A stretch of DNA of 64,000 bases, from positions 62,001 to 126,000 of the forward strand of contig CBFFRP010000064.1 in assembly GCA_965644295.1 (NCBI GenBank), written 5' to 3'. Positions 36,642 to 49,874 of this stretch are shown here, piece by piece (the stretch's first letter is position 1; each line of letters opens with the position of its first letter). Below the pieces are notes generated by a model. The model was given only the letters and a program-made list of their open reading frames with translations. It was not told the DNA's origin and did no database searches. A program made the translations under genes and the position numbers. This DNA comes from Paraphysomonas bandaiensis (Eukaryota > Protista > Chrysophyceae).

Positions 36642-39600
36642 ATGAGGCATATATCAGTAATCTTAACAGGGACACTCTTATATCACGCTTTATGTATAGA
36701 AAACCCTGAAAACTTCGTGAATTTATTAGCAGGGACATTCACAGATGGAAGATCTTATTCAACTGGCAATACGCTACCGTTAATAGGTCGTCCATGGGGA
36801 TTTAATCACTGGGCCCCACAAACTACACCACAAAATAAGAAATCTAGTTCATGGTGGTTTAATGGGAATCATCATGTACTTACTTGGCTTAGATGCACTC
36901 ATCAACCGTCTCCATGGATTGGGGATTGGGGATGGTTCTTATTTATGCCTATGATTGGACCGTATACTGATAACCCGCATTACTGGTATGATTTGTACTG
37001 CTGATGTAGTCATATCATGTTTGCACTACTTGATATATTTGCAATATAAAGGTGGGAACCGCGAGGTGCAGTTATCAAGCCCCATTTATTTGATGTGACT
37101 CTAGCCCCTCAAGGAATGAGAGTTGAGTTAGTTCCAACTGACCACGGGGCAACCCTTCGGTAATGTCGTCATCTTTGACTGCAATGCACCTGTTGTCGCT
37201 GTATAGAACACAAGTTTGTGAGCGAAAATTTTGTACTGTATATTGGCTTCTTTATTTATCGCATGCATTTCACCGAACGATACAACAGATGAAATATCCT
37301 TTGAATATATTCTGTGCAAGTTTTGTTTTCCAAGTACCTTGCTCTGACTTTTTGTACTACATAGGGTATCGTTCCCACGCAATTCTGAATCAAGTGAAAA
37401 ACGTGTGTGCTTCAGAGAAGGAAACTGGGAATCTAAACAAGATATTCTCAGTTCTCCTTACCTCACTGGGGTGGCTAGACAGGTGAATCACGTGGGATAA
37501 ACTGTAGTTGTTTACTTATGTGGTTCTTTGGCACTTGTATATATATGTGCATGACTTCTGGATGTGTATGTACTTATGTCCTCTCATTTTGCAGGTGAAT
37601 ACCGACCGTATGCGAGTTCCTAATTTTGGCCTGTACATTCATGCCGTCAGCCTTACTCCAGCAAAGACCGAAGATCATCATGGTGTCGCATGTTTTAAAT
37701 ATGGCCCTCGAGATAGCACAGTTGAAGTTAGAATCGCGACGTCTCTCATCAGTCCTGAACAAGCGAGATTCAATCTCGAACACGAAATGAGCTCAGGAAC
37801 ATCTTTCGACGAGCTCAAGCAGGAGGCACAGGCGGTTTGGAACAAGTGAGTTGTGATATATCAGGCACTACTTTCTAAGTGCTATAAAATGAATTGTTAT
37901 AGTGCTTAATATGATGCGGCGTGTTAGACGATTACATGTAGTACAACTTAGAGTCAGATTACGGCTGATGATTTTATATGAGTCACTTTGTTCTTGGCAG
38001 AGACTGATAGTTGTGTCAGGTTGTTGAAGCGGGTTAACGTAGTTGACGCTGGTCCAGTGTCAGGAGATACGACAAAATATCTGACGACTTTTTATTCTGG
38101 CTTATACAGAGCCCTGACATTCCCCAGACGAATAGGTCAGTACCCACAATTTAGTGCTGGAGGGTTTGATATCAGCTGCTACCCTCAAGCAGGTTAATAT
38201 TAGTACAATGTTTTAATATTATGTCCTACATAGATGAAGTGGACCGGAATACAAAGGAGCTAGTTCACTTCAGTCCCTACGACCAACAGGGGAAAGTGTA
38301 CAGTGGTCCGTTAGTCACCGACAACGGTTTCTGGGATACTTTCCGGACTGTGTACCCTTTACTGGGGCTAGCTTATAGGAATGAGTTAGGTAAAAATATA
38401 TTTTTATAATTGTATTGGCATTTGACTCATACTTTTGTGAAAACTGAGAATGAATATATGTGAATATGGTGTTATTCGGTGCCATTCTGTTGTAACTTTC
38501 ATGCACGCCAGGTACTATTGTAGAGGGTTGGTTGAATGCATACCGCGAAGGGGGGTGGCTTCCATCCTGGGCTAGTCCAGGCTACCGCAATTGTATGGTT
38601 GGAACCTTCGCCGATGTGGTTGTTGCGGATGCTGTCGTAAAAAAGATAACGGGGTTTGACTATGAGACAGCACGACTTGCCTTAAAAAAAGACAGTTTCG
38701 AGGAGCCCCCGGGGCATGTCGGCAGTGCCATGGGTGAGCTCACTGTATAAGTATTTAGTCATGGCATCTCAACTCTATTAAATGCGTTCCTCTTTTGTCT
38801 TATGATGTATACAGGTAAGGAGGGACTGAATGAGTACTCCCGCATCGGTTTTGTGCCCACGGACCATGGTAATATGGAGGGAGTGAGTCGCACTCTGGAC
38901 TTCGGCTTCGCAGATTACGCCACTGCCCGAGCATTCGAATCACTTTTAACTGATGAATTGTATATTCGTCAACACGCAGACAAGAAGACTGAGTTAGCTG
39001 AGGACATTTCTCGACTTGATTCACGGTGGCCTCGAGCAGTGAAGAGTCAATTTTCTCCTTTGCATGGGCTCATGGCACCGAGAAGGGGAGATGGTACTGT
39101 GGTTAGATCATTCGACCCTCTCGAATGGGGGAATGGTTTTGTAGAAGGAAATTCATGGCATCATTCGTTTCCTCCGTATGCGCTGAAAGAACTTGCGGCT
39201 TTGTATGGAGGAGAAAGTAAACTGTTGAATAAGTTGCATGAAATGTTGGATACGACTTCTGATTTCAGGTGAGACCTGAATGCTATTCAAGTTTGGTCTG
39301 TGTGAAATATATATTCGTGCATGTGTATATTTTTCTATAGTGGTATATCTGACTCATATTACCTATCCGAAGGGTCGGGAGCTATCGCCAGGAAATTCAT
39401 GAAATGACTGAAATGCGATCACTAGCAATGGGTCAGTACGGCCATAACAATCAACCTTCTCACCATATCCTTTTTCTCTTCTCTCTACTGGGGGAACGTG
39501 AGTCTACGGAGAAATATGTGCGAGAGGTTATAGAACGAGGGTATGGAGTAGATTTTTATGCGGGTAATGGTTAAAGCACTTGTGCGATCAATGTAGTCAT

Positions 39601-40771
39601 CACGCTCTTCTTAATGCAGGAGATGAGGATAATGGGGAACAGGGAGCTTGGTTTGTCTTGGCCTCTGTTGGTTTATTTTCGGCAACCCCAGGCACTGAGG
39701 ACTACAATTTGAATACTCCTCTGTTTAAGCATGTTGTGGTATCTCGTGATGACACTGGAACTAATGTCGGGGAGTTACATATCATTTCGGAAGGAAGTTC
39801 TCCCACTTCAATACATACTAAGCGCATCTACCTTAATGGGCGTGAGATAAATTCTGCTACAGTGAGGGACAGTGAGATTCGTAGCGGGGGAGTACTCCAA
39901 TATGTGCTGAACGAAGGGGAGGAACTTATTACTATGGAGCAAGCGAGGTCTATGCTGTCTCCGCACGCTGAATACGACAACAAGCTGCAGAAGCTGAATG
40001 ATGAAATTAAATCGCTACAGTCACAGCTCAGTGGTAAGTGATATCAGTATGCTGCTTGAACATATACGCACTAGGTGCAAATTTTGATATATGAAATATA
40101 TGTTCAGAGGTGTCCAGCAAAAATATTGTTGCTCCAGCTGCAGCTGAAAATGTCCCAGAATATATGAAGCTTCGACAGGCACCAGGTGACTTATGAACTC
40201 ATGCTTACAGTATATTGTCGATACTCATAATCGCCACTTGAAATGTGGTTTGTATGGTTTACGGTTTACTGTTAGTGCTCTAATCGAGTAGAAGATTTAT
40301 GTCCATATATTTTGTGATTTCAGAAGAATATATATAGTTGATTCACTTCTGTCTGTATTAGATATGCATGGAGATGACATGGCCTCTGTCATTCGGTCTA
40401 AGCATCTCAGAGAAGAGACAGCTCAAGGGGAAATAGATTGTAATTCTCTCAATAACATGGAAATCGGTCTGCTTGTCGTGACTGTGAATCTTGCGATTTT
40501 ATGTTTCATGCTAATACTTCAGTTGCATAAAAGATCTGTGCAGCATGGTGATGATTTTGGTAGGTATTCTTTTATTGCACTAAATTTTGTGACCATGTAT
40601 ACTACAGGTCACGGTATGAACATGAATGGGTCGTATGGTGATATTGTGCGTACCGTTACATGCTGTTGTAACCCGATGTTCGTTACACAATGCTTGGTGC
40701 GACTACTGGGGCTGGAGACGGTGCATTCAGTGGTAGGGAGACCCAATAAGAAAGAACCTCATACTGTTTAG
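36642..40771 (+). CDS. Glycoside hydrolase family 92 alpha-mannosidase, multi-exon, signal peptide and probable C-terminal TM
   Basis: GNTLPLIGRPWGFNHW, HQPSPWIGDW, GFWDTFRT, CMVGT, VSRTLDF, FVEGNSWH, YGHNNQPSHH and GDEDNGEQGAW motifs; linkage of the last exons (40108-40771) is less certain. Confidence 0.9.
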
Positions 40772-41958
40772 ATTCCTTTTCTTAGTCATAGTTAGTTAAT
40801 AGATAGAATGGTACAATAGTAGTTGACGTGGACATGTATAGCGACATGTGTGCTGCGCTGTATGACTACTACATTGATATAATAATGAATATTGTTTGTG
40901 TAGTGTGTAGCTCAATGCAGACTAATATCTCAACCACTATAAAGCGTGATTGGAGTAGGAGAGGAATCACTACTTTGGTTGAACGTATTGTGCTCTTTGA
41001 AAATTCATTGCTAATTCAAATGCGAGACCGGGATATAGACACCAGGACACACGCCTTATCACCTGATATAAACAGGTCCCAAATGGATAACGACCAAATG
41101 TGTCATTAGTTACATTAATATCTCTTTCTTGACAATCGAGTCATTAAAGTGTTATCGTTTGATCTTTTCGGTAGTTTGTCGTTTGTCACCATAGGCAATC
41201 CATTTATAGTTGGAAATAGCTCATTCTTTAAGTAGACTCTATTCTCGTACATTGTGTTCAAGTGCCACACTGAATATTTTAGATTCTAGAATATAATCCA
41301 TATTCTAATATTTGAAAGCTACGGTTTCTTTCTTCTTGACATTATTAAGCTACAAGAATAAGTTCAGCTCGGTCCGTAGTGTATATGTGTATATACTCTG
41401 CTCAATACCTTCAAGGTTTAAGATATCTATGAGTAGTTTGGCAATCATATTACGGATTACGGATCCTGCATTACAGGATACTGCAGACGAACTGAAGTGT
41501 ACTGCGAACCTGACGTACAGCAGTATTTACTTGGCATTATTCTACTGTTTTCTTCAATTGAATCCAGGGATATTTAAAGTTTTGGTGCTTCGATTAGGAT
41601 AATACAACTGTAGTGTGATACTACAAGTGAGTAGCAGTTATTCAGTTAACTGTATTGAAGAAACAGAATGCAAGTAGCGATACTTAAGATACAGAATAAC
41701 ACACAGATACCAAGTATGCAAATAGGTAACGGTGGCAATGAAGCACATGCAAGACTTCTTGCAGATTTAAGACTGTAGCAGATTCGAATCTGCTGCAAAC
41801 TTGGATCTCGTTTCTGTATTCACTGTGAAGCAGGCAACCACCATATGACTCCACACATCAAGACTACTTTCATCTCTACATGATAGTGAGATAAGACAGA
41901 GCTAACTATACAGTACGATGTTCATGTCCATTATTTCTGGATACCCATACATCGTACA

Positions 41959-42795
41959 GTGCCATCACCATCAGTCACTAGAAGACTCTTCAATCTAGAA
42001 CGTATTTTCAATTATCCTTCTATACTTGAACAGCTACTTGTTGGACAAAGAGAAACAGTGATATGTGTGTCAGGTACTGTTGCAAAGAATGAAATCCTTT
42101 CGCTTCTTAAGGTTCGACAAAGAGAACTCACACAAATGAGGGGTATGATTATTGCTCTTGTATACACGTTTTAATTATTATATCTTAGACATGGAAATAC
42201 GGGACAGTGTGTACATGTATGTACCTGCCGAGGATATACTTCGGATGAAGAAGAGTTGGAGGCTTTAAGTGTTAAAGCTCAAAGAGCTCAGAAAAAGTTT
42301 GGACAACATTCGTGAATCGTGCAATCAGATTCAAGAAGGAAACACGAAAGCATTGGAAGAAGTGTCTAAGTCGAGGTCGCAACGAAGGAGATATGAGCTC
42401 CGTTCTGAGGCTGAAATGACACCATTTGAAAAAGAAGTTATAGAACTGGTAAGGCGTGTTGTTGTTGCTTTTTCCAAGTAGACGACATCTCCGTCCGGAT
42501 CTGGAAATGCTTCCACATGACCTCCGCTCAATAATTCACCAAGTGTTACTTGTCTTTAAGTGCTTTGGCTACTAAACAGAATAAAAATATGACCTATTCA
42601 ACTTACACTTCTTCCAATGCTTTCGTGTTTCTTTCTTGGATCTGATTGCATGATTCACGAATGCTGTCCAACTTTTTCTAATCTCTTTGAGCTTAACACT
42701 TAAAGCCTCCCATTCTTCTTCATCCGCTGGTATATCCTCGGCAGGTAAAGTAGTTATAGAACTGGTAAAGCGTGTTGTTGTTGCTTTTTCAGGTA
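41959..42795 (+). pseudogene. Frameshifted gene fragment with local inverted duplication
   Basis: Arms 42222-42371 and 42601-42747 are reverse complements; 42432-42480 is directly repeated at 42748-42795. Confidence 0.6.
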
Positions 42796-43299
42796 CTCAT
42801 AGGCTTTTACTTTACGTTCTACTCGCTTGTACACTTCTATGATTATTTGATTCATATATATATGATTGAATTGATTATTTTTGTTGCTCTTACCGATTTC
42901 TGGTTTCGTTTCGATTTTTGTTGAGTTCTGGTTTATGACACCAATAATAATGCACAATACGTGAGCGATTGTAATTTTACGTAGAAGTGCTTAACATTAT
43001 GTTCAACGAACAAATATTCTGGTCGCGTGAACTTTTTTGTATAGATTAAGTCAAATTAATGTAATTTTACCTAAGCTATCAGCTACCCATAGATAGCTGA
43101 GAGCTACGCAGAGAACAATGAGGTCACAGCAGGTAAAGTAAAACTAGAAACTGGAAATGTTCCTCAGCTCAATATAATACTTAAATATTCAATAAGCATA
43201 AATGCGATTATTCTCGGGCTATTTGTACTGAGCCGCAATTTTGGTGGAGCAACATCCAAGAAAGAGTTATAACGACAAGTATGAAAAATACGTAGTATA

Positions 43300-43560
43300 G
43301 CCTATTTTACATACTACTTGACATCTGTGCACGTTATATTGATCAATGAAAGCTACGCTTTGGCTTATCTTTCCGAAGGACCGCTCAATTCCAATTCGCT
43401 GCACCGAGATGCCTAACCCCGGGTAGTGGACCAAAACGTCAACAATCATTCCATCTGGAGCACTGACACATTGCAAACCGTGCACACGGTGATTACCATG
43501 ACAAATTCTTGCATGCTTGATATCAAGTCCACCAGGTTTACAGATTGGCAAAGGAGTATA
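43300..43560 (-). mobile_element. PIF/Harbinger (DDE_Tnp_4) transposase remnant
   Basis: PICKPGG..GNHRVHGLQCVSAPDGMIV and RIGIERSFGKI..AFID resemble Harbinger nuclease motifs; internally deleted. Confidence 0.7.
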
Positions 43561-44274
43561 TCTTATCTACCGCGGCAGCAGGAAATAAAAGGCCGAGTTT
43601 ATGACGAATTACGGCATTGTATGTCTCGTACAGATAACAAGGAAAGCAGTGTTATCGTACACAAGGTGGTGGCTGCGCTGAACGACAATATCAATTGTCG
43701 CATTGAGAATTGTCAGTGAGTCTCTTATATGACGCCTACCGACTTCACAGTATTAAAAATGCCCCACTTGAACAACTTCTCCTGCATTCACAGGCAATGT
43801 CCACAATAAACCTAGAATTCACCCGAATTCTGGAGGTTATGCTTGGCTTGTAATCGTGATAGCGCTTGAGTAAGTAGAAATGCGACTAGATTGTGCACTA
43901 GATGAGAGAACATGTATGATAGTCTTCCTGCCTTCTACTCATCGAGCTACATGCATACCTTCATGCAATACAAGCCTCTGCTGCATATGAACAATGCTGA
44001 TTATACATGCTATAGAAGAATGAGAGTCCCGCGATGTAATTTTGTACAAAATGTGTACAATTTTACAACAAGTAGATGGAAATACCGTACTGTTCAGTCA
44101 AAAAATACTGGACAAAAACGTGTTGTAATAGTGTTGAGTATAAAATCAACCTTTTTGGTTGTGTGTGATCATCTGAAAATACAGAATAAAACAAAAAAAA
44201 CTGGATTTTCTTGCCTGGTTGTCACATTCCCTGATCGACATACTTTATTCCCACACACACAACAACATACGTAT

Positions 44275-44410
44275 GCATCTTGTTTTGCGGAAATAAATTG
44301 AAGCATAAATCCTCTATATTAATAACATAAAACTACGGCTGGAATACAGATAATTGTTGCCTCAATATTAGAGGCATATTAGAACAAAAATACACAAAGG
44401 ATGCCGATAC
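44275..44410 (-). mobile_element. ~140 bp structured MITE-like element, copy 5
   Basis: Reverse complement of the core; ends ggatgccgatac. Confidence 0.9.
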
Positions 44411-44649
44411 TATACACTATGGACAGAGCATAACACTAGCATATACACACACAGGTATGCATACGTCATATATACAAGTCTGTTAGTGAACATCATGCCC
44501 CACAATTACAATCCACATACATTACAATCCATCCCTCCAGTCTATCTCTGATTATACTAACTAATAGAATAGCTCGTGAGGCTCTGGATACACTGAATCT
44601 ATAGCATACTACATACACTAGACGATACGTTATATACTCCATCTGCCGT

Positions 44650-45729
44650 ATGAATTTCACTGATTTATTTCGTGCATGTGCATGTGAAATGGATAGTTAT
44701 GATGATCATCCTTCCACCGACACAACAGCTAACTCCAGCACACATTCTACAGTGAGAGTTACTAATCACCTGGCGACAATGCACTACAATCTTGGATGCT
44801 CTTTACAGGAAGAAGGCAAGCTACGAGAAGCGATTGATAGCTATAAGAATGCATTGGAAGTGGATCCAAGTTACTGTGATGCCCAATACAACCTTGCCAA
44901 TGCACTTCAGCTATCAGGTAGAATTGAAGAGGCAGAAATCGAATACAAGAAAACCATTGATCTTAACCCCAGTCACCAACTCGCCTACTATAATTTAGGA
45001 TACATATATTTTAATGACCTCAAAGATCCATGGAAAGGCATCGAGATGTTAAAAAAGAGTCTTGAGATTGACCCCACTGATGTTGATGCACAGATCAATA
45101 TGGCTTTAGCACTAAATGATCTAGGGATGATAGATGATGTCATCAATTGTTACCAGTACATCATAGAACATAATAAAGGGTGCGTAATGGCGCATTTTAA
45201 CCTGGGAAATGCGTATTTAGATGCAGGACGTATAGATGATGCACTGGCTTCTTTTCAGGTGAGTATGTTTTGTACTTATTGACTGTCTGTTGTGATGGTG
45301 CGATGTGCAGCACGTTGTAATGTTGGATCCAGAGCATGCAGATGCGTACTTCAATATGGCACTTATGCACCAGGAACAAGCCAATGACGAGACGTGTACA
45401 GGTAGTGTTCTTGCCAATGTCTACCTCTCGTGGAATTTTTTCTTGCATTTTCGTGCCTGTGTATATTTCAAATTACTTTGGAGATGCTGACACAGTCGTC
45501 GCCTAAATTTATAAGTGTATGTCTACTTAACACGCCGCACTCATTTATGAGCTGTTTATTTATAACATTTTCTTGAGTAGACAGTACTGTACGCGAAATG
45601 GAACTGAGCAAGGCGCTTAGATGCTACCGGGCTGTTGAAGAATTAGGCAGCAAGGTTGACGAATCCTTAGTTGAGGAAGCTCGCCGGGCAATATATCAGA
45701 TCGAAGCTCTGAAAATATCTTTAAGTTAA
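44650..45729 (+). CDS. Tetratricopeptide-repeat protein, 3 exons
   Basis: Serial TPRs (HYNLG, QYNLA, YYNLG, HFNLG, YFNMA); last exon ends ALKISLS* at 45729. Confidence 0.9.
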
Positions 45730-46553
45730 TAGATGTGGCGAGAGTTGAGCACTTCGAACACGTGTTGCTCTTTCTACTTTTCCACCTTTTCACATGATAT
45801 ACTCTGCATTTTCCCGTACTTTTTTCTTATGTTTCATACTAATTAATTGTCGATGGATCTATATTGTTTTAAAATGAGGATAACGTGGTCATTATGCATG
45901 ACGAATTCAATGAATTATAGACACGTAATACGTATAGTTTGCGAAATTATTGGAGAAGTCACTGCAAGTTCTGGCTGAAACTCCGATAACGCACTCTAAA
46001 GCATTCGCACTAGTAAGTCTGAATATACGTTTGCTATTTATAGATATGCTCATAGACCTACATCGTGGATTAGTCCTTTTGGGTTCAATTATATAAACAC
46101 TTAATTATAAATTATAGGCATAACTCCTATCGTATGACTATGTAACAATAACTCCTAGTTTGATAGTGGAAATATATAATAGCGCATTCATTCGTATGTC
46201 ATACCGTAACATCATCTTTATACTTGCTTAGTGTTTATATATCTCTTCTAAAACTTCATAATATATATTTTTTAACGCTTAAATATGCTAATTGTGTTAT
46301 CAAACGTAAGCTAGTAGTGTTATAACTCTAGGCAGCGGTTATCTCTTCGTTTCATATAGGACAAATAGTACAATGAGTATGCATATATAGAAATGGGTCG
46401 TTCTCATATGGAACTGCCTGCGGTTGTTTCTTGTACTGTATCCAATGCTTGGTAAGAAGAAATGTTTGAAGAGTTTTATCTCTGGTCTCTGACTATTGCA
46501 GAGAACTACCATTTACATTATAGTAACCTTCGATTATTCTAAATGAGAATAGA

Positions 46554-46797
46554 TATGAGGCTGAGGTTCGACATATTGTCCTGAAACACGACAGGTGGGT
46601 CAAGTCTGTAACCCTGATCACAAATAAACTCATGTATCTTCATTGTATTAGACAATATGTCCGCCAGACCAACCAATTCGGATTCGGTGGAGTCTTTGGT
46701 CACTATTCGCTGCTTCGTTGACCTACAAAGTACAGTTGTTCCTCCGATTTGTACTATGAGTCCGGTATGTCCCTTGCCGTCTGTATGTAGTGAGAAG
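46554..46797 (-). mobile_element. Ty1/Copia RNase H fragment, lineage B (left arm of fold-back)
   Basis: Minus strand reads FSLHTDGKGHTGLIVQIGGTTVLCRSTKQRIVTKDSTESELVGLAD..FQDNMSNLSLI. Confidence 0.9.
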
Positions 46798-47256
46798 TTT
46801 TATCGACGCGTCATTTGCATTACATACAGACGGTAAAGGACATACAGGTGTCGTCGTGCAACTTGGAGGGGCCACCGTACTATGTAGATCAACAAAACAG
46901 CGAATCGTGACAAAAGACTTGACAGAATCCGAGCTGGTTGGCCTGTCAGATATGATGTCAAATGCGATGAAGTTACATGAGTTGGTGTGTGGACAGGGTT
47001 ATGCGCTTGACCCACATGTTATATTCCAGGGCAACATGTCAAACCTCAGCCTCGTGACGAAGGGAGGAGGCAGATACAGGACCAAATATCTATGTGTAAG
47101 GCAAGCATTAATGAAAGAACAGCATGATAACGGTGTCATAAAGCTGGTGTACTTACCTACTGGGGAAATGCTGGCAGATGTCTTGACTAAACCCCTGCAG
47201 GGTAACTTGTTTCGTCATTTGATATGTGGGAACGCATAGACACATCACAGGGGTGC
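46790..47256 (+). mobile_element. Ty1/Copia RNase H domain, lineage A, followed by a PPT-like caggggtg
   Basis: FIDASFALHTDGKGHTG, STKQRIVTKDLTESELV, RTKY and MLADVLTKPLQG motifs. Confidence 0.92.
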
Positions 47257-47372
47257 GAAGAGGAATGAGACAGAGTAGATTGAGGATGTTCTATTCAGTC
47301 TAGTGCTTGAAAGATACACATACTGTAGGTACATTAAAGTCTATGGTGGTACTTGGTATGTATGCATGTTAG

Positions 47373-47508
47373 CGTATTGGCATCCTGTGTATATTTTTGT
47401 TCAAAGATGCCTCTAGCATTGAGGCAACAATTATCTGTATTCCAGCCGTAGTTTTATGTTAGTAATATAGAGGATTTATGCTTCAATTTATTTCCGAAAA
47501 TAAGATGC
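47373..47508 (+). mobile_element. ~140 bp structured MITE-like element, copy 6
   Basis: cgtattggcatcc...taagatgc. Confidence 0.9.
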
Positions 47509-47716
47509 ATAACTACCTTTTGACTACTGTACCTGTAGTCAAAGAGTTAACGGGGGTATTCCATCCGTGTACGATCTGTAGCATCCGTAACGAGTAGCCG
47601 AATACTGTATGATACGTCTGTAGGCATAGTACACCACTCTGTATGATATGAAGAGTCACGTAGCGTACATACGAGTTCCTACATGCATATATGAGCAGTC
47701 TTAAATATCCTTCCAC

Positions 47717-49446
47717 ATGCACACCCCTCTCTTATCCTCCGAATCCAATCCTTCCCCATCTCCCAGAGGATCACGCAGTGCCTCCTATGCCTCCTATACA
47801 GACCCAGATGTCCCCCCTGAGCCTCTAGTAGTAAACACCGCATCATCACTCTCCTGCTATAGTAACCTCACTAATACCATCATTGGAAGTGGTGTATTAG
47901 GGTAAGTCATTGCATGGCCATGTGAAGTGGATAGATCAGTGTGTTCATATATATCACAGGCTCCCATATGCACTATCTAAGTGTGGATGGATATTAGGGA
48001 CATGTTTACTGGTATTATCAGCCTGTTTCAGCACATTCTCATTACATCTTCTCACTAAATGTGCTATGAAAGTTCCTCAGCCATGTTCTTTTTATTCTGT
48101 TACGGAAGCGACTATACCACGCCTCACTTTCATGATCGATTTCGCAGTGGCGATACTCTGCTTTGGAGTGGCCATCAGCTATTTGATTGTGATTGGAGGA
48201 CTCATGCCGGATGTTATGAGTGATTTCAACGTTAATGGATATTGGAGTAACCGTACACCTTGGATTATTCTTGGGTTTTGTGTAGTTGCCCCACTGAGCG
48301 CAATGCATCGCCTCGATGCTCTTAAGTATACCTCTGGATTGTCCATATGCTTTGTTGCATTCCTCACTATTATGGTGGTCGTATTTGCCGTACCCAATTC
48401 GGGTGCAGACCCGTGTAGTTCTGATGACGACGATGATGACGATGGCGAATGTAGAGGAGATCGGCAGTTAGCTACGTTGACTGTTGATACGATGCGAGTC
48501 TTCTCTATCTTTGTATTTGCTTTTGCTTGCCAAACGGTTAGTGTGGTACATTGAACTGCTATACCGAAACAATATATGCGTCCTGTAAACATATATCGTT
48601 GCCATCATTTTGCTTCTATTCTGTATGTAATAGATTTTCATGTAGAACATATTCGGAGTAGTGAATGAGCTCCGTAACCCAACTCAAACGAGGTATGACA
48701 TTGTTAGCGGAGGGGCAATTGCAACAGCAGCGGTTATTTACTCCGTCGTTGCATGTGCCGGCTACGCCACATATGGAGATAATGTTGAAGACAATATTTT
48801 GATTAACTACCCAAGTGAGATTAATCATACATAGCATGTGTATAGCACTATAACGCACCCTTTTAAGTGTGTCGCTTAAAATTCCATACTCTTGCAGTGG
48901 ATGAAATTCATATATTCTGCAATATGTATATTAATCATTCTTCGTGTAGACAACACCCTCACTAGCGTCGCACGCATATTCGTATCTTTGCTTGTGGCCT
49001 TTTCCTATCCAGTTATTGCCCACCCAGCCAGGTCATGTATTCTCGGATTGTGGAGGTCAATGGACAAAGAAGAAGATTCGTGGATTAAGTACAATAAAGT
49101 ACGATATATCACCATCACGGTGAGTGAGTGTTCTGCTTTATTAAGTTTGTTTTGTTCTACGATTATCTTCCCCGAGGCTTCACGGAAGTCTTACTTTTTG
49201 CTTATAACTCAGGTTTGTTTTTTGGGAGGAACTCTACTGACGGCTATATTGACTGATAGTCTGGGTGTCATACTTGCGCTTGTAGGTGCAACTGGAGCCA
49301 CTATTATAGTATATATTCTTCCAGGAGCATCGTACTGTGTGATGTTTTACGATTATGAGAGAGATTGGAAGTGGTATGCTTCCGCTGTTTTGGTAGGTCT
49401 CGGTATAGTAATCGGCCCAGTGTGCTTGGCATTTATATTTGTATAG
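47717..49446 (+). CDS. Amino acid/auxin permease family (Aa_trans, AVT-like) transporter, multi-exon
   Basis: NLTNTIIGSGVLG|LPYALSKCG, LKYTS, FVFAFACQ, SYP and GATG..YILPG motifs; many TM segments. Confidence 0.92.
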
Positions 49447-49874
49447 CACAGTTGCATATCTATACGTCTACTTTGGTGAAGTCTAAATTAAACACTGCAC
49501 GAAGAGCACACAGCGTTGCTCTTAATGATTTTAACATAATACGGTAATTCTTTAAATTGAATTGTGATGTATATCAGGGCTAGGGAACAGTATATTACAA
49601 TACTATTGCTACATATAATATTGCAATTCTATTTTCACCGTTCTATGTATATAGCACACATCACACATGTTCCAAGCATTGGAAGTGCATTCGTAAGCCA
49701 TGAATTGCTTTGTGTAGATAAATGTAAGCTTCAACAATGAGTATTCCTTTAGTTTTCTGAATACCATATCTATAGCATCGGTGTCACATAAAACATGCAA
49801 CCTTCAATGGGGTTGACATGCTAGTCATACGATACTATTACCTTATAGTGTACGCTGATATTATTACTTACAGT

